Source of the DNA: Nemertoderma westbladi
Taxonomy: Eukaryota; Animalia; Xenacoelomorpha
Direction: 5' to 3'
DNA: 51,473 nt
Assembly (NCBI GenBank): GCA_032718475.1
Contig: JAUCBJ010002435.1
Coordinates: 1 to 51,473, forward strand
The notes below the pieces were generated by a model, which saw nothing but the letters and a program-made list of their open reading frames with translations, was not told the origin of the DNA and did not search any database. The position numbers and the translations under genes were made by a program. Of this stretch, positions 1 through 11,286 are shown piece after piece (position 1 is the first letter of the stretch; the number at the start of each line of letters is the position of its first letter).

Positions 1-1009
1 TCATTACATTGCGTCAATTGTTTGTGGCTGTCACAATATTCCTGCAATTGTTTGTGGTTGTCTCAACATTGCGACAATTGTTTGTGGCTGTCACAAAATT
101 CCGGACAATTGTTTGTGGCTGTCACAACATTGCGACAATTGTTTGTGGCTGTCACAACATTGTGACAATTGTTTGTATCTGTCACAATATTGCGACCAGT
201 CTTTATTGCTGGCTGTCACAATATTGCGACAAGTGTTTGTGGCTGTCACAACATTACGACAACTGTTTGTGGCTGTCACAACATTACGACAATTGTTTGT
301 GGCTTTCAAAACATTACGAAAATTGTTTGTAGCTGTCACAACATTGCGACAATTTTTTGTGGCTGTCACAATATTGCGACAATTGTTTCTGGCTGTCACA
401 ATATTGCGAAAATTGTTTGTGGCTGTCACAACATTACGACAATTGTTTGTGGCTGTCACAACATTACGACAATTGTTTGTTGTTTTTACAACATTACGAC
501 AGTTATTAATTGTGGCTATCACAACATTCTGAAATTGTTTGTGACCGTCACAACATTACGATATTTTTTTTGGCTGTCATAATATTGCGACAATTGTTTG
601 TGGCTGTCACAACATTGCGACAATTGTTTGTGGCTGTCGCAACATTACGACAATTGTTCGCGGCTGTCACAACATTTGGACAATTGTTTGTGGCTGTCAC
701 AACATTACGACAATTGTTTGTGGCTGTCGCAACATTACGACAATTGTTCGCGGCTGTCACAACATTTGGACAATTGTTTGTGGCTGTCACAACATTCAAA
801 CAATTGTTTGTGGCTGTCACAAAATTACTACAATTGATTGTGGCTGTCACAATATTCCGAAATTGTTTTTGACTGTCCCAACACAGTTAGTTTTAGCTGT
901 GAGATTTTGTGTGTGAAACTACCATGGTAAGAGGTTTGCAAGAGTTACTTTTTGCAAACCTGCAAGCATTGTTTATTAACACAATCCAATGTATCTATAT
1001 TTTTTCTAG

Positions 1010-1138
1010 TTTAACGAAGAAATTGACGACATAACGGATAATATTCCGTTGATATTGGGTGGCTCTGCTGCTCCTGATAAGCAACCGATCAGCATAAGCG
1101 ATCTTGATCTGCTCGATGACCTCACCGCTGATAAAGAG
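1010..1138 (+). pseudogene. 129-nt repeat exon, upstream copy A (FNEEIDDITDNIPLILGGSAAPDKQPISISDLDLLDDLTADKE)
   Basis: tttttctag acceptor, GAG|gtaaat donor, phase 0, open only in this frame. Confidence 0.65.
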
Positions 1139-2583
1139 GTAAATTTACACACTTATATTATTTTGATGATAAATTTAAAAGTTTATTTGAAGAATAATTC
1201 TAATATTACGGCAATTGTTTGTGGCTGTTACAACATTCCTGCAATTTTTTGTGGCTGTCACAATATTACGACAATTGTTTGTAGCTGTCACAATATTACG
1301 ACAATTCTTTGTGGCTGTAATTACATTGCGTCAATTGTTTGTGGCTGTCAGAATATTGCGACCATTCTTTGTGGCTGTCATTACATTATTATTGCGACAA
1401 TTATTTCTGGCTGTTGCAATATTGCGACAATTGTTTGTGGTTGTCACAACATTGCGACAATTGTTTGTAGTTGTTACAATATTACGACAATTGTTTGTGG
1501 CTGTCACAATATTGCGACCATTCTTTGTGGCTGTCATTACAATGCGTCAATTGTTTGTGGCTGTCAGAATATTGCGACCATTCTTTGTGGCTGTCATTAC
1601 ATTATTATTGCGACAATTATTTCTGGCTGTTGCAATATTGCGACAATTGTTTGTGGGTGTCACACTATTGCGACCATTCTTTGTGGCTGTCATTACATTG
1701 CGTCAATTGTTTGTGGCTGTCACAATATTGCTACAATTGTTTGTGGTTGTCTCAACATTGCGACAATTGTTTGTGGCTGTAAGAAAATTCCGGAAATTGT
1801 TTGTGGATGTCACAACATTACGACAATTGTTTGTGGCTGTCACAACATTGTGACAAATGAATGTATCTGTCACAATATTGCGACCAGTCTTTATTGCTGT
1901 CTTTCCATTGCGACAAGTGTTTGTGGCTGCACAATATTGTGACAATTGATTGTAGCTGTCACAACATTCGGACAATTGTTTGTGGCCGTCGCAACATTAC
2001 GACAATTGTTTGTGGCTGTCACAACATTCGGACAATTGTTTGTGGCTGTCACAAAATTACTACAATTGTTTGTAGCTGTCCCGGTTGCACGGCATACTGC
2101 AACACAGCAGTTGTTTGTGGCTGATACAGAATTTCTCCATTGTTTGTGCGTAACACAAAACTACGACTATTGTTTGTGGCTGTCACAACATTCTGAAATT
2201 GTTTGTGACTGTCACAACATAACGACAATTTTTTGTGGCTGTCATAATATTGCGACAATTGCTTGTGGCTGTCACAACATTACTACAATTGTTTGTGGCT
2301 GTCACAACATTACGACAATTGTTTGTTTCTGTCACAACATTCGGACAAATGTTTGTGGCTGTCACAACATACAGACAATTGTTTGTGGCCGTCACAAAAT
2401 TACTACAATTGATTGTGGCTGTCACAATATTCGGAAAATTTTGTGAGTGTCCCAACACAGTTAGTTTTAGCTGTGAGATTTTGTGTGTGAAACTACCATG
2501 GTAAGAGGTTTGCAAGAGTTACTTTTTGCAAACCTGCAAGCATTGTTTATTAACACAATCCAATGTATCTATATTTTTTCTAG

Positions 2584-2712
2584 TTTAACGAAGAAATTGA
2601 CGACATAACGGATAATATTCCGTTCATATTGGGTGGCTCTGCTGCTCCTGATAAGCAACCGATCTGCATAAGCAATCTTGATCTGCTCGATGACCTCACC
2701 GCTGATAAAGAG
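2584..2712 (+). pseudogene. 129-nt repeat exon, upstream copy B
   Basis: Same splice sites and frame as the other copies. No recombinase exon follows before the array ends at 3698. Confidence 0.65.
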
Positions 2713-3698
2713 GTAAATTTACACACTTATATTATTTTGATGATAAATTTAAAAGTTTATTTGAAGATTAATTCTAATATTACGGCAATTGTTTGTGGCT
2801 GTTACAACATTCCTGCAATTTTTGTGGCTGTCACAATATTACAACAATTGTTTGTGGCTGTCACAATATTACGACAATTGTTTGTAGCTGTCACAACAAT
2901 ACGACAATTATTTGTGGCTGTCACGACATTACGACAATTGTTTGTGGCTGTCACAACATTGCGAAAATTGTTTTCAGCTGTCACAACATTCCGACAATTG
3001 TTTGCGGTTGTCACAATATTACGACAATTGTTTGTGGCTGTCACAACGTTACGACAATTGTTTTCTGCTGTCACAACATTCCGACAATCATTTGCGGCGG
3101 TCACAATATTACGACAATTGTTTGTGGCTGTCACAACATTACGACAATTGTTTGTGGCTGTCACAACCTTGCGACAATTGTTTGTGGCTGTCACAACATT
3201 GCGACAATTTTTTGTGGCTGTCACAACATTACGACAATTTTTTGTAGCTGTCACAACATTCTGGCAATTGTATGTGGCTGTCACAACATTACGACAATTG
3301 TTTGTAGCTGTCACAATATCGCAAAAATTGTTTGTGGCTGTCACAACATTACGACAATTTTTTGTGGCTGTCACAACCTTGCGACAATTGTTTGTGGCTG
3401 TCACAAAATTACTACAATTGTTTGTGGCTGTCACAACATTACGACCATTGTTTTTAGCTCTCACAACATTACGACAATTGTTTGTAACTGTCACAACATT
3501 ACTACAACTGTTTTTAGCTGTCACAACATTGCGACAATTGTTTGTTGCTTTCACAACATTACGACAATAATTGTTTGTGGTTGTGACAAAATTACTACAA
3601 TCATTTGTGGCTGTCACAACATTGCAACAATATTTGATTGTGGCTGTGACAAAATTACTGCAATTGTTTGTGGCTGTCACAATATTCCGAAATTGTTT

Positions 3699-4320
3699 GC
3701 CCCAAAGTGGGGGTGTTGGGGACGATAGCCCCCAAGAAAAGAAGTGGGGGTGTTGGGGACGATAGCCCCCAAGAAAAGAAGTGGGGGTGTTGGGGACGAT
3801 AGCCCCCAAGAAAAGAAGTGGGGGTGTTGGGGACGATAGCCCCCAAGAAAAGAAGTGGGGGTGTTGGGGACGATAGCCCCCAAGAAAAGAAGTGGGGGTG
3901 TTGGGGGCGATAGCCCCCAAGAAAAGAAGTGGGGGTGTTGGGGACGATAGCCCCCAAGAAAAGAAGTGGGGGTGTTGGGGACGATAGCCCCCAAGAAAAG
4001 AAGTGGGGGTGTTGGGGACGATAGCCCCCAAGAAAAGAAGTGGGGGTGTTGGGGACGATAGCCCCCAAGAAAAGAAGTGGGGGTGTTGGGGACGATAGCC
4101 CCCAAGAAAAGAAGTGGGGGTGTTGGGGACGATAGCCCCCAAGAAAAGAAGTGGGGGTGTTGGGGACGTTAGCCCCCAAGAAAATAAGTGGGGGTGTTGG
4201 GGACGATAGCCCCCAAGAAAATAAGTGGGGGTGTTGGGGACGATAGCCCCCAAGAAAAGAAGTGGGGGTGTTGGGGACGATAGCCCCCAAGAAAAGAAGT
4301 GGGGGTGTTGGGGACGATAG
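3699..4320. repeat. 37-bp G-rich minisatellite (CCCCCAAGAAAAGAAGTGGGGGTGTTGGGGACGATAG), about 17 near-identical copies
   Basis: Head-to-tail 37-bp period with no spacers; TTGGGG-N8-CCCCAA hairpin across each unit junction. Confidence 0.95.
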
Positions 4321-4674
4321 TCCTTATGTTATACTGTTACCCTTTACTCATAGCCATAGATCATTTTAGGCATATTGATTCTGAAAAAACGGAGAAGACC
4401 CTATAATAGTCAATGTGGGCCAGTCTGAATGAATACAAAGGTTTTCTTCACATAATGTTAATATTGGTGCTTTAACGTACTTGTAGCTCATTCACATTTG
4501 ACTTATGACATATATATGTGAAGTCATTGCATTTTACTCATAGCCAGACATCTATCATATTAAAGTTATTAATCAAACGGCAAGCCGACTTCAGGGCGCG
4601 ACAATGCATTTCGTGTACTGACTGAGAAATAAAGGAGTTTCTTTACGCCCGACTCTATCTGTTTTATTATACAA

Positions 4675-4711
4675 TCCAATTAATTTCTCCCACTAGGGGC
4701 ATCATCAGGGA
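4675..4711 (-). ncRNA. Degenerate minimal hammerhead-ribozyme-like motif (Penelope type)
   Basis: Minus strand reads TCC-CTGATGA-T-GCCC-CTAGT-GGGA-GAA-ATTAAT-T-GGA: core boxes, palindromic stem III, 3-bp stem I, AATAAA shortly downstream. The stem II closing pair is a G.A mismatch. Confidence 0.4.
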
Positions 4712-5801
4712 AATAAACTAAAAAAACAGAAATACCGCACAAGGTATGTAAGATGAGGAAGACTTGTAAGTATGGCTTGGAGTATATTATATAAACCTAA
4801 AATGGTCAAAACAAGGCGAAATGCTTCTCTATCTCAAATATGAAATTTTTAAACACTTTTGTAACGTACTGACTTGGTAATGCACTTAATAAATGAAATG
4901 CATTTAAATCGTATATCTCACAACTTTCCATATACATATGTCCTCAAATATTTGGTAATAGACATTATTTTTAGGTATTAGGGAACTTTAAACAATAAAA
5001 GCATAAATTTCTTTCAACATTCTCGAGACGTGAAAGAATGTAGTCTTACTTTGCATTGTTAGCAATACGCCATTTTATTCTTATTATAAAATAAAATTGG
5101 CTACTTTTACTAAATTACTTTATTGCTTGATATTGTTGCTTGTTCCTGTAATATAAAAATATGAACCGTTTATTACAATACCTTTTAAAACAAATAATAT
5201 TTTATCCCTTATCATCCATCCCTAAGAAATTTCGTTCTAAAAAACTGCCTATTTCACCGCCCGTAAATATCCGCTATTTTTATGAAAATATTATGTTGCC
5301 TTTGTTTCACCTTCCTTCCATACATGTACATATGTAGGAATAAAGACCATTCTATCTTTATTCGTAAAATTTCGGGGCTAAATATCACAAGAACGGAAGA
5401 AAACACTTTGATAGTTGTTTTCCACAGAAATTTCATAAGCCTAGTTTCAATTTAGTAATACAAAGGTTTTCTTCACATGATATTATATTGACTTAATGCA
5501 CATACATAAAGGTTGCATACAGAGCTCCGAATGCCAATAAGCGCCCATGTGAATAATACCAGGTCCTCCAAAGCCAGCTGGCTATGCTTTGCATATATTC
5601 TATGCTTAATATGCATTCTAGAATATTGTACTGCCATTCCGATTGGCTATTTTGGAAGCAGGCTGGAAATATATCTCTCACATACATAGTAAAGTTGCAG
5701 TAGTAGACGGATTTATTGTTCACTCTGAATTATTGTAATTAATTTGTTTGAATATTGCACTACTTCCCGAATGCTGTGCCGTATGTCTAACATAATTATA
5801 A

Positions 5802-6153
5802 AGGACATGGGGTCTTATTCCCTCAGATACTACCTAGCATTTAGGACCACTTGGGCCACTGTTAGTACTCAGGCACTAAGGCCTATTATTAACTAGACTT
5901 ACCTTTTCGGCGGACAAAATGTCCTATATTTTTTGTAATTTATTGGATAGCCTATTTCGTGCAATACTTACCGGAACCTGTAGTTACTCTATGGTTTGGT
6001 GTAATTTTTCTTGTGGTAGTTGGGTTGGGTTATGTAGCACTAAAATCGATTTGGTATTTTGTTTTTTGATGGACCTTAGTGCCTGAGTACTAACAGTGGC
6101 CCAAGTGGCCCTAAATGCTAGGTAGTATCTGAGGGAATAAGACCCCATGTCCT
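5802..6153. mobile_element. MITE with 80-bp terminal inverted repeats
   Basis: 5802-5881 (aggacatggggtcttattccctcagatac...gcactaagg) is the reverse complement of 6074-6153 with one mismatch; 192-bp non-coding interior; no clear TSD. Confidence 0.85.
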
Positions 6154-6434
6154 ATTTTATTGTTTTCATATTAATATCAAAATCTCTCTAAAGTCGTGGT
6201 TGTCTAACATCATATAATTATATCATTCTAAAGGATAGTTTTCAAAAGGGGTCATTATTTTTTTTTATTGTGGGTAGGAATCAGCTCAATATAACGACTG
6301 CTGAGGTCAAAGATACTAATTATTGATAAAACTCAATAATAGCCTACTAAATAATTAGTACCGACCGTATACCACCTAATTTATCAAACATCCAGAGCGT
6401 CCGACCCCTTGTTTGGCTACGCTAGGCAAATGTC

Positions 6435-6499
6435 TATATATATATACATATATATGTCGTCATACTGATGTCATATATATATATATATATATACATATA
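6435..6499. repeat. Interrupted (TA)n microsatellite
   Basis: TA runs visible directly. Confidence 0.8.
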
Positions 6500-7112
6500 G
6501 GAAGTAAGGGGTGGTTTAGTTCTTTATAGCTGGTCTCTCGGTAGATATATAAATTTGAAAAAGTTAGGTTGAGTTCTAAATCATAGTTTGTCCATTAAAA
6601 TATATTATTAAATAAATAATAAATAAATAAATCTATCTATAATAATCATAATCTCAACTAAATCTATGTTCAATATATTAATGTAATCTTATAATTAAAA
6701 AAAACAGCCAGTTTATTAAATAGAATAGAATAGCTGAGTACATACACATATATATTTTCGAATAATACTTAGGCCTAATTATAAAATAATGAATCGATTT
6801 ACATTATTAATGAAATTATTAACAATGGATTAGATAGATGACTACTATAGTTAGCTAGAAATTGATAAGTAAGTTTAATGCAAAAATAAGTATATGACTT
6901 ATTATTCTATCTGCCGATTGAAGGGCAGTTATTTTATGATGATACTGTAGCTACTGTCTGTTTTTTACATGGTAATTCTCAGAAATAGCGTTTGGGAAAT
7001 TTTGTATAACTTTTTTTAAAATATTAGGTCTATATAGATGCGATATTTTAAATATAATTTTTACATAATTTTTTTAGTCCCCTATCACGTTTATTTTACT
7101 TAATATGACGGA

Positions 7113-7136
7113 ATGATGTCAAAAATGAGAGTCAAG
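7113..7136 (+). CDS. Candidate first coding exon (MMSKMRVK) of the SET-recombinase gene
   Basis: ATG...AAG|gttagt donor in phase 0 matches the phase-0 acceptor at 8930. Very short, so it could be a chance match. Confidence 0.25.
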
Positions 7137-8929
7137 GTTAGTTTAAATTTAATTGCTTATTGATATATTATTTAATTTTTGCTGAGTATATACTGCGGAT
7201 TGCAGTGCAGTGTGGATTGCGACAATAATAGTTACATTGTTAGTTTGTATACATTTGTAAACAATAATTTGTAAACCAAAATATTAAATAAAATTAATTA
7301 ATTGTTAACTTATTGTAAAAAATGCTCATTGTCCCATAATATTATGTTTATGGCGCTAAAATATGGCATGTTGAGTTGATTCAGGAAACGTAAGAGACAA
7401 TTGCTACCAGACACCCTTTTTTTAATTTGAGAACACCAAATGGCAGCGCTTTATCAGAAACAGTTCATAAATACGGGGCAAGGGGCGCTTTTTGTGCAAA
7501 ACTAAACATTTTTAAGATAAACGCGGTTAAAGTTGATCTTCCTGCGTAAACTATCTGTTGATATGTAAGAAAGTCTATAATACTGCAGCAACAAGAAAGC
7601 ACCAATTCATTCTAAATTTTTACTATGGGAGATTTCCTGGGCGCTGGTTGGTTTCCTTTCTGAGGTCAGTTTTAACTTTTAATTAAATAGAGTTAGTCTG
7701 TGTGTCATTTTGTCAGTCTATCTGACAGTCCGACTTTCTGTCCGTCGAATATAAATAGCAGACCCTCTAGCTAAAACATCTAGTTATAGCTGTTTTCTTG
7801 GTCGCATAATTCATTTTGAATGTTAGTTCTAACATTTTATGATTACCAAATTGTATGTTTGACTATCAGGGTGTCAGCTACATTTTAATATGGGAAATAT
7901 GGACTATATTTCCTATATTACGATGAATGCCCTAAAATCGGCTTGCCTCGGACTGAATGTTGTCAGGTACATTTTGACGGACAGACTGACATGCATTGCA
8001 TTGACATGCACGATTACCCCAATTTTGAATAGTAACATTGAAAATGAAGTCACCGACCATGAAAACCTATATAGGGAATTTTTTACACAGAAAGTATGTT
8101 TTCAATTGTTTTGGAGACAAACTGACGGACAGACCAACAGTCAAATTAGATCCTGCTTAACGTCTTGATTCGATTTTCTACTTTGCTAATTTCTCATTTC
8201 CTTTTAAAGTTTCTTTAGCACCCTTCGTATCATGACCGACGATTGGTTATATCATAAAAAATATGATACTTATCTCGTTAATATTTAAATTTGTAGCTGT
8301 TTAATTATATATTAGACTGATTCCTCAATTTTTAGGAGAGAATTTTGTATTACAACTCTGGAGGCCAACCCTGGCCACTACTGTGCTGGATATGTGTAGA
8401 ACATATTACAAAAGAAACCAAACAAATGTTTACAATTTTTGTTTTACCTTATTGTTGAGTGTTAGATACACACACCAGGCCTACCCTGACTTCACTAAAC
8501 AGTAAACAAGTTCGTGGAGTCTTCGCGCAGAACTGGAAGTGAGTAAAATCTTTAGCATATGGGTACCATTAACGAGTTGTCTGCCGTTAGTCAGAACTCT
8601 TCAACACAATAGTCGTCCTCCTTTAGTGCTCGTAGCGTTTGTTCGTTTTTGACAAAACTTCAGATTATTTCTAAATTATGCCGGACTACATACGTACCAA
8701 GTTTCGTTTAGTTTCATCAAGGAATAACGGAGTTATTAGCGTTCAAAAATCTACGACGTCAGACGACGACAGACAACTCGCCAATGGCACCCATATGCTA
8801 AGGCTTCGCTCACTTCGTGGCTCGTCCCACATACAGTATAAAGTATTTAACAAAGTTACTCACAGAATTAATTATTTTTTTTAATCGCCGGGATTCTCTA
8901 CTTCTTACATCAATTATTTATTTCTACAG

Positions 8930-9392
8930 AATCGAAGACGGTGTCTTGTTACACCTGAGAACTACATAGACAAAGATCCTGACGGATTTGAAGTTAAGTG
9001 TGTGGATAGACTGGTCGGTCAAGGTTTGTTTGCTAAAAATAACTTCGGAAAAGGTGATTATTTATTGAACTACCGTGGGAATTTCATTGCTGGATGCCTG
9101 CCCCCCGCCTGAAGAAACTAATCATTACATTTATCTTATCAAGTTTTACGATAAGAGTGCTTACATTGATGCTATGGACGAATCATCTGGACTTGCACGT
9201 TATATCAACGATGCCAAACAGAACAGTCCGTTGTGCAACTGCGTTGCTAAGAGGTATTTTCAAAAATCAGCTGCCGCAATTTCCGGGCCAATAATAGCCA
9301 TTTATGCCAATAGAAACATTGACGCAGGTGAAGAGTTGAGATATAGTTATGGAGTGGATGATGAATGTTTTCCATGGCGAATACTAAGTCAG
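8930..9392 (+). pseudogene. SET-domain exon (PR-Set7/SETD8-like methyltransferase) with a +1 frameshift near 9080
   Basis: After tttctacag: NRRRCLVTPENYIDKDPDGFEVKCVDRLVGQGLFAKNNFGKGDYLLNYRG; then in the +1 frame YIDAMDESSGLARYINDA...IYANRNIDAGEELRYSYG...FPWRILSQ|gtaag. Matches the GxGLFA, RxIN and ELxYxY SET motifs. Confidence 0.85.
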
Positions 9393-11157
9393 GTAAGCTT
9401 GACCTATAGTGGTGAGAAAATACGTGATCTTAATTAAGATTGTCTTGGTAGTGATAATTTGTATCTCATATATTAAGAACAATAACGCATTTGCATAGCG
9501 CAATAGTAAACGTGCGCTGAGACCCGTGCTCCACTGGTAAATCATAAGTTATTTGTTTAAAAAATACACATTTCTAAAAAAAATGCACATTTCTAAACGC
9601 ATTTCCAATCACAGGTCTAGAGCTTGCCATAAGTCATATGTCAAAAGATGGAACATGGGACATAATCACTTTCGCCACATGCAATGGGGGTCTTTTCTTA
9701 CGACTTACAATTTATCAGTAGAGACGCTCCAATATATATTATGTGTTCCATAATTTATTTTGACTTACGACTTACTACTTGCCAATGGAGCTCGGGCCTA
9801 AGTCTTAGGCGTAAGTTAGTTACAACACAGGAGTCGAAAGAGATTATGTATTTAATTATTAATACTTATGACAAACTATGGAGATCTGTGATTAGTTGGT
9901 AACTTAGCGTAAAGAAATGTCTATTAAATGTGTTTGTGCATGTCAGTCACAAAACTATGTCAATTGTTTGTGGCTGCCACAACATGACGAAAATAGTTTG
10001 TGGCAGTTACATTATTCCGGCATTTGTTTGAAACTATCAAAATATTCCTGCAATTGTTTGTGGCTGTCACAACATTACGACAATAATTGTTTGTGGCTGT
10101 GACAAAATTACTTCAATTATTTGTGGCTGTCACAACATTGCGACAATTGTATGTGGCTGTCAGAACATTACGACAATAATTGTTTGTGGCTGTGACAAAA
10201 TTACTTCAATTATTTGTGGCTGTCACAACATTGCGACAATTGTATGTGGCTGTCAGAACATTACGACAATAATTGTTTGTGGCTGTGACAAAATTACTTC
10301 AATTATTTGTGGCTGTCACAACATTGCGACAATTGTATGTGGCTGTCAGAACATTACGAAAATAATTGTTTGTGGCTGTGACAAAATTACTACAATTATT
10401 TGTGGCTGTCACAACATTGCGACAATTGTATGTGGCTGTCAGAACATTGCGACAATAATTGTTTGTGGCTGTGACAAAATTACTTCAATTATTTGTGGCT
10501 GTCACAACATTGCGACAATTGTATGTGGCTGTCAGAACATTACGACAATAATTGTTTGTGGCTGTGACAAAATTACTTCAATTATTTGTGGCTGTCACAA
10601 CATTGCGACAATTGTATGTGGCTGTCAGAACATTACGACAATAATTGTTTGTGGCTGTGACAAAATTACTTCAATTATTTGTGGCTGTCACAACATTGCG
10701 ACAATTGTATGTGGCTGTCAGAACATTACGACAATAATTGTTTGTGGCTGTGACAAAATTACTTCAATTATTTGTGGCTGTCACAACATTGCGACAATTG
10801 TATGTGGCTGTCAGAACATTACGACAATAATTGTTTGTGGCTGTGACAAAATTACTACAATTATTTGTGGATGTCACAACATTGCGACAATTGTTTGTGG
10901 CTGTCACAAAATTACGACAATTGTTTGTGGCTGTCACAACATTCGGACAATTGTTTGTGGCTGTCACAACATTACGACAATTGTTTGTGGCTGTCACAAC
11001 ATTACGACAATTGTTTGTGACTGTCCCAACACAGTTAGTTTTAGCTGTGGGATGTTGTGTGTGAAACTACCATGGTAAGAGGTTTGCAAGAGTTACTTTG
11101 TGCAAACCTGCAAGCATTGTTTATTAACACAATCCAATGTATCTATATTTTTTCTAG

Positions 11158-11286
11158 TTTAACGAAGAAATTGACGACATAACGGATAATATTCCGTAGG
11201 TATTGGGTGGCTCTGCCGCTCCTGATAAGCCACCGATCTGCACAAGAGATCTTGATCTGCTCGATGAACCCAAAGCTGATAAGGAG
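11158..11286 (+). pseudogene. Repeat exon 1, with in-frame TAG at 11197-11199
   Basis: ag|TTTAACGAAG...AAGGAG|gtaaat; CCG TAG replaces the usual CCG TTG. Confidence 0.7.

Larger units (their letters stand above)
1..3698. repeat. 30-bp minisatellite array (consensus ACAATTGTTTGTGGCTGTCACAACATTACG) with two embedded exon modules; truncated second copy of the main array
   Basis: Same 30-mer as 9940-34335, with shared rare variants (cagttattaattgtggctatcac at ~500 and ~12880; ccggttgcacggcatactg at ~2081, ~12328 and ~12581). Ends abruptly at the 37-bp repeat. Confidence 0.95.

Noticed and set aside
3699-4320. 37-bp hairpin repeat as a CRISPR array
   Set aside because: There are no unique spacers and no cas genes, and the context is eukaryotic.
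4432-5478. 22-bp direct repeat aatacaaaggttttcttcacat at 4432 and 5457
   Set aside because: The match is real, but I could not tie it to an element boundary or to the recombinase gene.
7700-8830. GACAG/CTGTC-rich patches and a short hairpin resembling non-autonomous Helitron/Helentron remnants
   Set aside because: Boundaries and diagnostic termini could not be fixed by eye.
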